Shown piece by piece: positions 1-10,914 of a stretch of 41,886 nucleotides of DNA. The stretch lies in NCBI GenBank assembly GCA_032718475.1, contig JAUCBJ010005556.1:1-41886 (forward strand). The letters are read 5' to 3'. Numbering within the stretch: the stretch's first letter is position 1; each line of letters starts with the position of its first letter. This DNA is from Nemertoderma westbladi. Lineage: Eukaryota; Animalia; Xenacoelomorpha. A model generated the notes under the pieces. It saw only the letters and a list, made by a program, of their open reading frames with translations. It made no database searches and was not told the origin of the DNA. The position numbers and the translations under genes are program-made.

Positions 1-18
1 ATTACGGTCAAGGTTGAG

Positions 19-527
19 TAACTATGGAAATCTTCGTATACGTGTAGCTGGAAACGTGGCGGAATTTCAACACGTATCCTACTGCAGGATTGGTTGGATT
101 GGTGACAGCCGTGGTGGAGTTGGCAATCAATATAATATCTGATGTAGTTGGTGGCCACGTTGTCAGCATATACAGTATACAGTGGTTGGTTGGTTGGTTG
201 CGTGAATAGGAAATAACTATGGAAATGTTCGTATACGTGTAGCCGGAAACGTGGTGGATTGGTAGGTTGCTCGGTTGAATGGATTGGTGACAGCCGTCGA
301 AGAGTTGGCGATCGAATCGATATAATAGGGTAGTGTGGGGCTAGCCACACGATGAGAGGTTTGGGTACGCGAAGATGAATATGCTATGGTTGGTTGATGC
401 AACGACGCGAACCAATACTGACGGGAGGTAACAGCTGTAGGAGTAAGGAGGGCATCGCGAGGTTAGGCTACGCGTAGGTGATAGGCAGCGATTGGCTGAA
501 GGCAACGACGCGAATCAATATTGATGG
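19..527. repeat. Diverged local duplications (about 195-bp offset, plus a 26-bp pair)
   Basis: taactatggaaatSttcgtatacgtgtagcYggaaacgtggYgga at ~19-63 and ~214-258; ggattggtgacagccgt at ~97 and ~281; gcaacgacgcgaaYcaataYtgaYgg at ~399 and ~502. Confidence 0.55.
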
Positions 528-1408
528 TGACAGATGGTCATTAAACACCTCGATTTAGCACCGGAATTTGGCATTTTTTAATTGCCTCCGAGATGTGGCC
601 CGTAGCCCAGGCTAGGGAGGAGATAGCCGAGAACTATGCTTCTCCTACTACTTATAACTACAGTGTGAACAGTTTAATGCGCAAACTGTACACACAAAGT
701 GGGGCCTTCGCCCAGCACGTGACTATACTTATGTTAAGTATCAACTCAATTTCAATTTATTTTCAATTTATTTTTAATTACCTTTCCATAAAATATGTAC
801 AATGCACATACATAAAGTAAATGATATAACTAACATTGAAAAAAAACATTGCACTGGATACTATAGCAATAGCATAGCTAGTAGTGCTAGTATCCATATG
901 CTGGAAATAGTGGAGTGTGGGGGTGTTGTGGGATGGGGGGGAGTAACTTGGGAGGGGGGGGGGGGGGGGGGGGGGAGTGAGGGTTCAGTTTATACTAGAT
1001 TCCGAATTTTACCAATTTAGAACTTGCTGACGTTTTTTATTCTCATCACACAAGCAATCGATAACACACGATGGGTCAGGTCCATGCACCAACGCAGGCA
1101 AACTAACACATATAATATTGATAAATTTTAAAATTTTGTGGATTATAATTGCATTTCATAAGGGAAAAAAAATTCAAAAAAAAACAAATAAAATGGAGTT
1201 AATCAGATAGAGGCTAACAGATATTGTTTTAATTTTTTAGAAAAAATTGTTTTTGTATTTGAAGACCTAATGTCCGAAGGGATGATATTCCAAATTTGAG
1301 GGCCCTGGAAGCTCAAAGAGCGTTGAGATGAAGAGAGTCTTACAGTTTGGATATAGTAGTCACCTCCGTATAGTTATACGCAAAATCTAAGCAGATCTCC
1401 CCTAAATA

Positions 1409-2102
1409 CAGTACAGGCCACCAGAAAACGCAGATTTGTACAATTGTGAACACATTTTATCAAATGTGTACCAGTGTAATGTAATGTTGTTGAACGGGAC
1501 AATTGAACATAATTGAACATAATTGAATTGGCAACAACCAAAATTTTTTCGCCAAAGGATACAATTGAATACTTTTGAAACGCTTAGTAATCTGGAAACT
1601 CTCTGTAGTTTGCCGCGAACTGTCACTCACTGCAGCTGGAAATGCGATAAGGATTTTGTTTACCTTTATAGTGTGCGGTTAATAGTGTCTAGTAGGCAGG
1701 CCTATAGTTAGAGATGTTAAGCCATCCTCTGGTGTTTCTCTGTGCCCTCTCGGTGTCAGACTAATGGCGCGACATCTCCCTGCACTAAATTAATTATTCA
1801 ATGGTCTAGGCTCGTCCATCCATATACCCGACCCATCCACTCCCATACACTCCATGAACCTCCATGTGGTCTTGTATGTAGTTCTCTCTCTACCAATACA
1901 GCCCATGTCCGCAATGTTACGTCCTGTGGGCTCTCTCATCTACCTGATATCAGACATACAGGCGCACCGCACACTAAGCCTTTGTCGGTCCCAGCAAGTT
2001 AGCTAGATAACTCGCCATAACCTGCCAATCAGATGACTTGAACAAATGTGTTCACATGTGATCACATTGGATGAAATCTGCTTTTTCTGGTGGCCTGTAC
2101 TG
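1409..2102. mobile_element. Non-autonomous TIR element (MITE), Tc1/mariner-like
   Basis: TIR CAGTACAGGCCACCAGAAAA at 1409 and its reverse complement ending at 2102, with further imperfect inverted similarity inside (gcagattt...tgtgaacacattt). TA at 1407-1408 and 2103-2104. No transposase ORF. Confidence 0.75.
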
Positions 2103-2236
2103 TACTACGCCACCTAGAGGCAGACTGGCTATCTTTGCAGTCTATTTAAGAAAACCTCACAAAAACTCAATCTGAGGTCTTGAATAAATGTGTCAGGTAT
2201 CAATCAGGAAGCAAGTATTATAAACAATAATAGGCC

Positions 2237-2281
2237 TACCTAAGGAGGGGGGGGGGGGGGGGGGGGGGGGGGTACCTAAGG
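2237..2281. repeat. G26 homopolymer bracketed by a 9-bp direct repeat
   Basis: TACCTAAGG (2237-2245) - A - G26 (2247-2272) - TACCTAAGG (2273-2281). Confidence 0.7.
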
Positions 2282-3838
2282 GCTGAAGGTTTTCATTTCA
2301 TACATTTATGAAATGTTTTCATTTTCAGCCCACTAGAGGTAGACTGGAGAACCTGCCGAGCGGTTACTGTCCCAACAAAGACACAGCCTATAGATGGTGT
2401 AGCATGTGTATCTTCCAAGTTTCAGTTTGAAGGGATAACAATAATGAAATCATAGGTTTGTCTAAATGCCTCTAATAAAAAATCGCAACTTTTGGTCTAA
2501 TCGAAGCCTAGAAATTTTCAACTCGACAGCTCTAAATCCGACAAAGTTATTATGGCATGTCAAAATCGTATCAACGAAGACAACAAATATTTTACCCACC
2601 CCCTAACAGTGCCACTTCGCTAAGGCTCCGCCAACTTCGTGGCTCACCCCACAATGTACATTAATGTGAATTGGTTAAATTTACTAATATATTCTGTCAA
2701 CATTATTTTCTTTTCTCGAAGAGAGTACATGGGGTTTCAAGGTGTTTACATGAACATACGAACTTTCTAAGTGTCAACATGGTTTTTCTAATCGAGGTGT
2801 TTATGTCCTTTCTAAGTGTTTACATTAAAAAAATTAAAAAAAAGGCGCACTTTGAACTAATATTTCTAACTTCTAAGTGTTTATCGTAAACCACCGACTC
2901 CCCGGTTGTTGCGACTCACAGCCATCAATAAAAGGTTGAATGATGGATAAGGCAGTGTTGAATTTGAGAACGACCACTTATTCATGTGTCTCTGTTTTCT
3001 TGACTGCGAAATTGCAAGGTTACGGCGTATTTCCGTACCTTTTAGAAATGGCTCATCGGGAAAAGCGATATTTTTCTTCAGTAAATGCAAAATATGAAGA
3101 CAGAAATATAATTAATTATCAAAATCATATATTTCATGTAAATTTGATTAGAAGAAACGAACAAATAAATGACAAATTCACCGACATATAACATAAAACA
3201 TAAAGGGAAACAATAATTCGTACAACATAGTTCATATCTATTAATAAAGACTCGTAAACTAATATTTGGTAAACAGGTAATTTATTTGGTTATTTTAAGA
3301 TATAAACCGATGTTAACCAAGTTATATGAACTCGTAGATTTATAACTTCCAACTAAAGTTTGTAAATTTGGATGTGAAAAACAGAAAAGATTAAATGAGT
3401 TAACAAAATATCTTTATGTCTAACCCAAATTTTCAAAAATTTTAAGAACATCAATTTTCTATAAACAACCAGCCGGCATACTGGATCTTAATACTGCGTG
3501 GATCAATAATCCACGCCTCAAGTCATAATGCCTGACAACCTAAACTTTGATAACAACAAATAATGGAAACAACAAATAAAATCATGGAACATTTTGTTTA
3601 CGTACCGACCAATACAAAAATATAATTATAATAAATTGTTATTATAATATAAACTTAGAATTGTCGCTACATCATTGGCTACATCATCGAATGCAGTGAC
3701 TCTGTAACCATAGATATATAAACTGTTCAATTTGACTCCATCGGTTTACCATTAGATCAGGTATATTTTACGTGTTACATGTTACCATGACTACACGACA
3801 AACTTGGAATCATAATTAATACGAAAACTAAATATTAT

Positions 3839-5302
3839 CTAAACAGAAACATATTTGTCGAGATTATCAGGCAGTTCATCTTGGCATATAAGAACCGATA
3901 TAACTTTGAGGAGATCCAGTTTCACATCTTCGTCGGTTTCCCAGGAATCCAAATCACGTAGAATTAGGTAGGCGTTTTTCGATTCGATGTATTTGCGACA
4001 GGATATTGTTGAGCACAACCGTAGAATACTGCGGAGGTACAACGAGCGAATATGGGGTGAGTGTTCCCTCGCGTGGTCCTCGAATAGATACTGCAGTTCC
4101 ATCGGGAGTTTATCCGTTTCCTCCTCGGTGTACTGGTCTGTGCTTCCGGCTAGCGGAAGTAGCAGCGCCGGAAGCATGTCGACGTGATCCTCCGCAAGGA
4201 GCCACCCATGTCGGTTGGAATCAAAGGAACAATTCAATACTATTCCGGCTACACCAAATCGATGCGATTCGCTGAAACTGTAATCCTTTATAAAATGGAG
4301 AAGTCGCGGTAAATAATCACCGTCGCATATTATGTCGCAAACGGTATTTAATTGCGATAAATTATGAAGAATTTGCAGAAATGGCAAAGAAATCTCGGCG
4401 TTGTTGTTTAAAATTTCTTTAAGAATTCGGCGGATATCTAAGTGAGAATTACCAGGTTTGGGGACAGCCTATTTACTAACATACCGGTATATACTACAAG
4501 ACATTATCCGGTTACGGTTAATATTTTTAATTCTTTAGCAAGGCTGCAAGGCAATCCTTATTATTTAAATTAGTAGCATAGCAGATCACAGGATTGGTAG
4601 AGGCTGCCCAAAACATAATTAAAAGTTAAACACGAACTTTAATTTGCAAAATAATCTTAAGGTAATAAAGGGTATTTATTATAAGCTAAAAACTGTGAGG
4701 CCCTTAGGTTGTTAGTATAATCTTAGTACATTAGAAAGCTTATGAAAATGTAGTTCACGTAATTTACGTAAGGGAGTGGGGTGAAAGTCACAAACAATGA
4801 AATAGCGGGTTTACTAAATGAAATAGGCGGTCCCCTAAACCGATTATTAACCTGATCTAGCATTTATCGATGTTTCGTAAATTGACCGGCAATTTGCATC
4901 GGATCGAGTCAAATTGATGGCAAATTTGGTGTAAAAGCTCCACATATCGACATCGACAAGTCTGTCTCCACTGTCCAAATTAAATAAAACATACCAAAAA
5001 TTGATGACTTCGAATAAGTTAATTGTTTTATCATTAATAATGAAATCACAGAACTTATCATCATCACTGAGGTTGATTAAACATTGTAGTATCTTGATTT
5101 TTACGCCGTTCCATGGTGTTGCCTTTAGGATGGCGAGAAAATTTGGGTTACGTTTTTCTACATAATTATTACGAAGTGTATTTTTACCATCTTCAGTTGC
5201 AGTTAACCCGCAAATCACGTCCAAAACTTCAGATAAAAGTGGTTCCGATTGCTGACTTGAGGTTAAAACAGTTAGCAATTCATTTAGATAGTCTGATTCC
5301 AT
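3839..5302 (-). CDS. HGH1: Protein HGH1 homolog (FAM203; eEF2 chaperone), complement(join(3839..4437,4852..5302)), 349 aa
   Basis: The C-terminal exon carries HGH1 family motifs (GVAGIVLNCSF, WLL..DMLPALLLPLAG, LPMELQYL..D..RE, AYLILRDLDSWE). The N-terminal exon is ARM-like (CLINLS, INLTRS). A phase-1 GT..AG intron joins the two ORFs in frame (TCA G|GTTAAT ... ctcacttAG|AT ATC), total 1050 nt. Confidence 0.92.
4438..4851 (-). other. HGH1 spliceosomal intron (414 bp, GT-AG)
   Basis: Donor GT at 4851-4850, acceptor ttctcacttAG ending at 4438; splicing restores the reading frame. Confidence 0.8.
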
Positions 5303-5807
5303 TACCGGTACTACAACACTGATTTATTTAATACGCTACTACTGAATTCCGTATTTATAATTTACTTGACTCGGCAACCAGGCAACGGCAAGTTGTCATT
5401 ATTACAGTCAGGAGTCAGACACAAATTCGATGTACAAGTACTAACCGACTGAAGTACTGAAGTAAACAGCTAGCGCAGCTGTACCTTCATCAATTAGTTC
5501 AGTAGTAAATAGCTCTACAACTCTATAGAATACAGAAAGGTATAAAAATAGACAGAAATTAAACTGAATAAATCGACAAAAGCCTCAAACAGCCCGGAGT
5601 TGAAATTAATCTTCCCTGATTGCAGGATTGCGAAACAGCTGGCGAGGAATATCTGAATATTACTGCTGTACTGTAACGTCAGTACTTGGCAGCTTGGTAC
5701 CGGTACTATCGTACCGGTAGCTCGGGTAAAGACAGACCGATACCAGGTACCTGGATACCGCGGTCCCACAGCACAGTCAGACAGTCCACAAAATGACACA
5801 CAATATA

Positions 5808-6050
5808 TTAATCAGTTTTAATAGGTTTAATCGGATCGGGAGTGTCTTCTCTCCAAGCTGTGTATAGAAACATCGCCAGTACGATATGGATGATGATTAC
5901 AGAAATAATTGTACTAACAACAGTTGATTTCGTCTGCCCCAAATCCAACAGTCCTTCGCACAAATACGATTTCGATAGGAAAAAAGAAGCGATTGGCATA
6001 GTTACCATAAGTCCAGTAAATATAAGAAGATTTCGCCAAGCTGCCTCCAT
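5808..6050 (-). CDS. VMA21: V-ATPase assembly integral membrane protein VMA21 (80 aa)
   Basis: Two hydrophobic helices with VMA21 signatures (LLIFTGLMVTMPIASFF..K, HIVLAMFLYTAW.E) and C-terminal KTD, like animal KxD ends. An acceptor-like CAG just before the ATG means an upstream exon cannot be excluded. Confidence 0.88.
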   Translation of the reverse strand: MEAAWRNLLIFTGLMVTMPIASFFLSKSYLCEGLLDLGQTKSTVVSTIISVIIIHIVLAMFLYTAWREDTPDPIKPIKTD

Positions 6051-6184
6051 GATCTGCAGACTGAGGACTGGATGATCAGGACAGGTTATAGGCAGGTACT
6101 GAGGTAGGTACAGCAGGATTACAGATTAGTTTTCATTCAGATCTGAATTATGCAGTACTGCAGTAGGCCTACATCAGTACTGGC

Positions 6185-6247
6185 CAAGGACTACTATACT
6201 ACAGGACTGGCACACCCCTTCATCCGACTTCGCTAGCGAAGTCCATT
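6185..6247. repeat. Left TIR plus subterminal inverted repeat of the P element
   Basis: 31-bp TIR, 6-bp gap, then 26-bp ATCCGACTTCGCTAGCGAAGTCCATT (6222-6247), mirrored at 10227-10252. Confidence 0.9.
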
Positions 6248-7622
6248 GGTTTGGTATTGCTTTATATTGTTATAGACATTGTTATCAAAGGATTTTCATG
6301 AAATTTAGTACACAATCGTAATTATTAATAACATAATATATTTTGGTGTCAAGAAATAAAGGACGAGCACAGCGAGGCTTGTAACAAAGGAGACGAGTGT
6401 AGTGTACCAACTATTCTTTATAGTCTTGAACGACCGTGTTTAGTACATTGTGCGACATAAAAACGATACGAACAGTATCCCCATCCCAGGGTAATGTCAT
6501 GACACAGATGATAACGGATTCAACTAGCGGTAAATTGTCTATACAATATACATACATGGACCTCTCTATATATTCTTTATCTCTGGTCATTTACTATCCT
6601 AGCAGTTCTCAAGCCAGGTTCCAGGTAACCACCACCCCCCCCCCCCCCCCCCCCCCCTCCCTCCCCCACTCCCAACCGCCATTCTGATATTATTACTTTA
6701 TAGGGCTATTATTATTAGGTACTTTATATTATTATTAGGTTCTTACTTTATATTACTAGTAGGTACTTTATGTTATTACTTTATTATTTATTACGATTGC
6801 CGACCCAATATTCCCCACCCCTGGGGAAACTAGGCGAATCAATATCCCGCCTCAATGTTATGTTAAATTCTCAATTTAGGGAAAGGAGCAGGTTACAGTG
6901 GCACGTTATTTTAAACAAAACAATAAACTAAACATAATATAACAGGTTACAGTTTTATTTTTGAGAGTAATCAGCTGTTATTTGCGTCCAATTTCCCCTG
7001 GAGAGGGATGAATTTTTATTGCGTCCAGTTTCCCCCCCCCCCCCTTATTTTGTCCCCTTCCCGTTATTCGGAGGAATTTAGTTTGTGCTGCCTTATCACC
7101 AGAATGTGAGTCGCGCCGTTTCTGCCTTTCCATAGATCGCTTTTGTACTCCATTAAGAAGGTTGATAGGGTACAGCAAGCAGCTATTGGTGGCAGTTGGG
7201 ATATACGGATATACCGTAATAGACCGCAATAATGTGTATTACTTGAGTTAGTTGTTTGTAGTACCGTATAGGTATAATTCCATCATGTACAGCATCCACC
7301 CATGCAGCAGACGCCATGGTCCTGGTCCACCATACCAGTAATCCACCACGAGTTAGGGCTTGGGTAAATATATTATCCTCCTCTTAAATATCACCTGTGA
7401 TGTCTAACTCTGGGATTACCTTTACCAGGAATCCTGCGACGTATCCAGCTGCCTGAAACTCATCATAACTGACTTCAATATCCACTAGCTGTTTAATTTT
7501 TCTCAGCATTTCCGTTGTTATTAGGACATACTTTCAGATGTTCAGGTGCTTTCAAAGTGGATGGGATATCGTCTAATAGAACAAAGTCTAAAGTATAAAC
7601 TCAAGCTGAGACTTATATTTGG

Positions 7623-9026
7623 CCAGTTCCCAAGAAGGGCAACCTAACACTCTATGGTTCTTTTCGGGGAATCTCATTGATCTCGATTGCTGCAAAACTA
7701 TACAATAGAATTCTATTAAATCGCATCAGGGATCCCATTGAGAGACTGCTACGTGGGAATCAGAATGGGTTCCGTAAAGGTCGTGGGACCATGGAGCCCA
7801 TTTTGGCACTTAGAAGGATAATTGAAGAGTTATCAAAAAAGAAAGACAGGCATCTGGCTGTTATCTTTGTTGACTTCTTCAAGGCCTTTGATTCAGTCTC
7901 TCGCTCACGTATGTTCAGCATACTTTCATTATATGGGATTCCTGATGAAATTATTTCAGCAATCAGATCAGTATACGATGGTTCGACAACATTTGTGTCT
8001 ACTGTTGACGGTGACACAGAACCATTTGAAGTGTTATGGGGCGTCCTCCAAGGAGACACACTTGCACCATTCTTGTTCATTATTGTGGTTGACTATGTTC
8101 TACGCATGTCCTTAGATCATCATAATGATGATGGGGTGATGATAACTCCACCTACTGGCTCCAGAAGTCGAGGAAATCCTGCCAAGTACCTAACTGATCT
8201 AGACTTTGCTGATGACTTAGGAGTACTCTCAGAATCATTAGAGGGAGCCCAGCGGCTCCTCAGCTCATTAGAACATGCTGCTTCTAGTGTTGGTCTTTTT
8301 ATTAACTCCAGAAAGACCAAAATTCTGACAGTTAACTTTGAAAGTCCTCAGCAAGTCTCTGATCGGATGAGCATAAGCTCAAAGGATGGTATGCTTGAGC
8401 ATGTGGACGACTTCTGTTACCTGGGATCATGGATCCGGAAGTCAGGTGAGGACCTTCGAATACGTAAGGGAAAGGCATGGGCAGCCTTGAATAGGCTTTC
8501 CAGGATTTGGAAGTCACCTAGAATTAATCGGAAACTTAAGGTCCGATTATTTAGAGCAGCAGTAGTTCCAGTACTCCTCTACGGGAGTCCATGCTGGGCT
8601 CTAACTGCTGAGGACACCAAATCTCTGGATGGCACATTCACAAGAATGCTACGCCGGGTACATTGTGTCAAGTACAATGCACACATCTCCAACCAGACAC
8701 TATATAACATTGGAGGTGTCTCATTGGTTCCCCCAAGCTTGACACTAGAACAAAATCGCCTCCGCTTTGCAGGACATTGCTTTCGCCGTGAGGACCAGCC
8801 AGTGCATAATCTTGTACTTTGGCAGCCTCATGGAGTGAATAAGCATGGTGGACAGCCCATGACTTTCTTGAGACGCATCTTAAAGGACACTGGCCTTAAA
8901 GATGCGGATGATCTAGCAAATGTCATGGGTGATAGGGAGTTGTGGCGGTGCAATTTTGTTGACAAGCCGGCACAGCATTCTTAAAAATGCAGCTGCAATG
9001 CAGCATGCCGATCCTAGTAGTAGTAG
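7623..9026 (+). mobile_element. 5'-truncated non-LTR retrotransposon (RTE-like LINE), copy 1
   Basis: Starts mid-ORF (PVPKKGNL..FRGISL), ends in a (TAG)n tail; 9-bp TSD TATATTTGG at 7614-7622 and 9027-9035. Confidence 0.9.
7677..8984 (+). CDS. LINE reverse transcriptase, uninterrupted but 5'-truncated (endonuclease missing; the frame is open from ~7623)
   Basis: QNGFRKGR, FVDFFKAFDSV, GVLQGDTLAPFLF, FADD, FCYLGS, LLYG..W, RLRFAGHC motifs; short C-terminus without a zinc knuckle, as in RTE-type elements. Confidence 0.85.
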   Translation: MISIAAKLYNRILLNRIRDPIERLLRGNQNGFRKGRGTMEPILALRRIIEELSKKKDRHLAVIFVDFFKAFDSVSRSRMFSILSLYGIPDEIISAIRSVYDGSTTFVSTVDGDTEPFEVLWGVLQGDTLAPFLFIIVVDYVLRMSLDHHNDDGVMITPPTGSRSRGNPAKYLTDLDFADDLGVLSESLEGAQRLLSSLEHAASSVGLFINSRKTKILTVNFESPQQVSDRMSISSKDGMLEHVDDFCYLGSWIRKSGEDLRIRKGKAWAALNRLSRIWKSPRINRKLKVRLFRAAVVPVLLYGSPCWALTAEDTKSLDGTFTRMLRRVHCVKYNAHISNQTLYNIGGVSLVPPSLTLEQNRLRFAGHCFRREDQPVHNLVLWQPHGVNKHGGQPMTFLRRILKDTGLKDADDLANVMGDRELWRCNFVDKPAQHS

Positions 9027-10226
9027 TATATTTGGATGACTCAAGATCAATCGCGGCATTAACGTACTCCTTAGCTTTCGTAAGTAGCGATGTCGTAGTA
9101 CCAACATTACGTTTCACGACTGCAATGACTTCTTCCAACTGAGACCAACGTATTAGTTGGCTATTACGAGCGAGGCAATGCGAAAACCCCAAGCTGCAAC
9201 CCAGCTGATCAACCGCCGATCGGCTGATACAAACATGTCCGAGGAAAGTTGACTCTTTGATGAAAGTGAAACCTGTCCAATATACTGTATACTTCGTTAT
9301 GGAAAAAGAAGAGCAATACTTGGAACTGCGATAGTTTAACAAAAATGTCAGTACGCGACCGTATCCTGCAATTCCCTTTAGCCACGTAGAAACAACAGGC
9401 AGGCAGGTTCAGTCAGCTGCAAAAAGCCCCCAATTAAATCTCACTCCATGCACTCATTGAGTAACTGAAGTTGGCGTTCCTCAATGGGAGGGATGTCTCG
9501 TGGAGTGGGGGGTCGCGGCGGAACTCACGATAACGTAGTATAACGTATAACAGTATAACGGAATATTGTTGGTCGCAAGGAACCGCCAGGGACTTTCTTG
9601 TGCGGAATTCCCTTGGAAAACTCTGGCCACTGTCTGACTGTTGAATACAAATGACGGCAGTGCTTCCATACTTAAACAGAGAGCCGTCATCTGCACTGCA
9701 TCGTGGTAGCGCGGCGATCCACTGATCTCGTTCGGCATCGACAGGAGGAAGTTTCACTACACGAACGGGATTTCCTGCGTAATTGCCGTCGCAGCCAAAT
9801 ACGCAACAATAATTAGGCATAATAATAATAAATAACTTCAGTGAACTTGTTCTGTTGGTAGTTTAGCCTAATGTTGTAATACGGCACCTTAAATACCTAC
9901 CTATAGTACAGTAGTAATTGATTTAATTACTACCAAATGGTACCACCTAGGCCTACCTGTACCGGAACGGTCGCGGTACCGTACCGGCTGACCGGTAGCA
10001 TCATACGAGTACGGGCTACCACTGTACCAGGGTAGGGCCATACAGCCGTCCAGTTGAATGTACTGTAACTAGACTATCTGACTTTCTAACTGTAATATTC
10101 CCATATACCAGAGGTAGCGGTAGGACTATAATACAGCTATAACTCATCATTCTACGGTAGTACAGTAGTAGGCTATTCAGGTAGTACCGTACAGCCGTAC
10201 GGTACAGCTTACAGCAGTATGAAATT

Positions 10227-10289
10227 AATGGACTTCGCTAGCGAAGTCGGATCAGGCAGTGTGCCAGTCCTGTAGTATAGTAGTCCTTG
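10227..10289. repeat. Right subterminal inverted repeat plus TIR of the P element
   Basis: Reverse complement of 6185-6247 apart from the 6-bp gap. Confidence 0.9.
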
Positions 10290-10371
10290 GTACTGGCTGA
10301 TGTCAGGATGTCTGAGTGTACTGTACCGCAGTACACACTGTCCAGCGTACTGTAGTACCTGTGTAAGGCGC

Positions 10372-10914
10372 GTGTAAGAGAGAATTTTCACTCCCCATGC
10401 AAAATCACTCCCCGGTTGAAATTCCTAGAGTATTCTCATTCCCGGGGTGCATTTTCCGTAGTATATTTTAACCCCCTCCAGTGAAAACTCACCCCTGCAT
10501 TTATCAATTTCCACTCTGTGCAAACTGGCAAAACAAATTCATCCCCAGTTAATTTTCCCTAGTGTATTCTCACTCCCGGTGTATTTTATTTGTATCTTAC
10601 AGTACTTTACTATATTCAAATCTCCAGCGTGCTTTTGTCTGTGCACTAAGGTATCTGTGGTCGTCTGTTCGCATTCGAATTTAAATTATATTGAAATTTA
10701 AAATATCATGGGGGTAAGAATACAATGAGGGGGGTTAAATTTTACTAAACAATCAACCAGAGTAGTTTCACCCCCGGTTAAAATACCCTAGTGGATTCTA
10801 ACTGGGGGGTGAAAATCCACGAGGGAATTATATCCGGGGCATGACCTATTAACTATTATAGTAGGTCATGTCCGGGGGGTAAATTTTTAGAGGGGTGGAA
10901 ATTCTTTGCTACAC
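10372..10914. mobile_element. Putative MITE with imperfect TIRs and arrays of subterminal motifs
   Basis: GTGTAagagAGAATTTtCACtCCCC at 10372 versus the reverse complement GTGTAgcaaAGAATTTcCACCCC ending at 10914. Repeated TTCACYCC-like motifs in the left half and GGGGKRAAA-like motifs in the right half. No clear TSD. Confidence 0.5.
10833..10877. mobile_element. Probable P-type excision footprint (31-bp hairpin between 7-bp direct repeats)
   Basis: TCCGGGG - CATGACCTA ttaactattatag TAGGTCATG - TCCGGGG. Confidence 0.6.

Larger units (their letters stand above)
7339..9820 (-). pseudogene. THAP-domain P-element/THAP9-like transposase pseudogene (catalytic core deleted, LINE inserted)
   Basis: N-terminal THAP motif MPNYCCVFGC...LP...R.QWIAALP...IC with a frameshift at ~9635 (the alternate frame continues WPEFSKGIPHKKVPGGSLRP). 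Further remnant at ~9340-9036 (RWSQLEEVI). Beyond the LINE, C-terminal motifs YVAGFL (7443-7426) and TRGGL (7353-7339) typical of P/THAP9 transposases. No DDE core visible. Confidence 0.7.
6185..10289 (-). mobile_element. P-superfamily DNA transposon, non-autonomous deletion derivative, interrupted by a LINE
   Basis: Perfect 31-bp TIRs CAAGGACTACTATACTACAGGACTGGCACAC (6185-6215, 10259-10289); 8-bp TSD GTACTGGC (6177-6184, 10290-10297); THAP-transposase remnants inside. Confidence 0.88.

Noticed and set aside
217-3191. Short ORFs of 60-90 aa here and at 17162-18356 and 28299-29075
   Set aside because: No domains or consistent splice structure; they overlap repeats, G runs or the palindrome.
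3839-5302. Two separate genes (182 aa and 151 aa)
   Set aside because: An in-frame GT-AG intron joins them into one HGH1-sized protein.
5373-5392. RFX/X-box upstream of HGH1 (GGCAAC repeats); similar near-matches at ~3781 and ~29316
   Set aside because: Half-sites or imperfect matches that are expected by chance in 42 kb.
9434-9820. Intact host THAP-domain gene
   Set aside because: The zinc-binding His is lost at a frameshift, and the ORF lies between TIRs with a TSD, so it is a transposase remnant.
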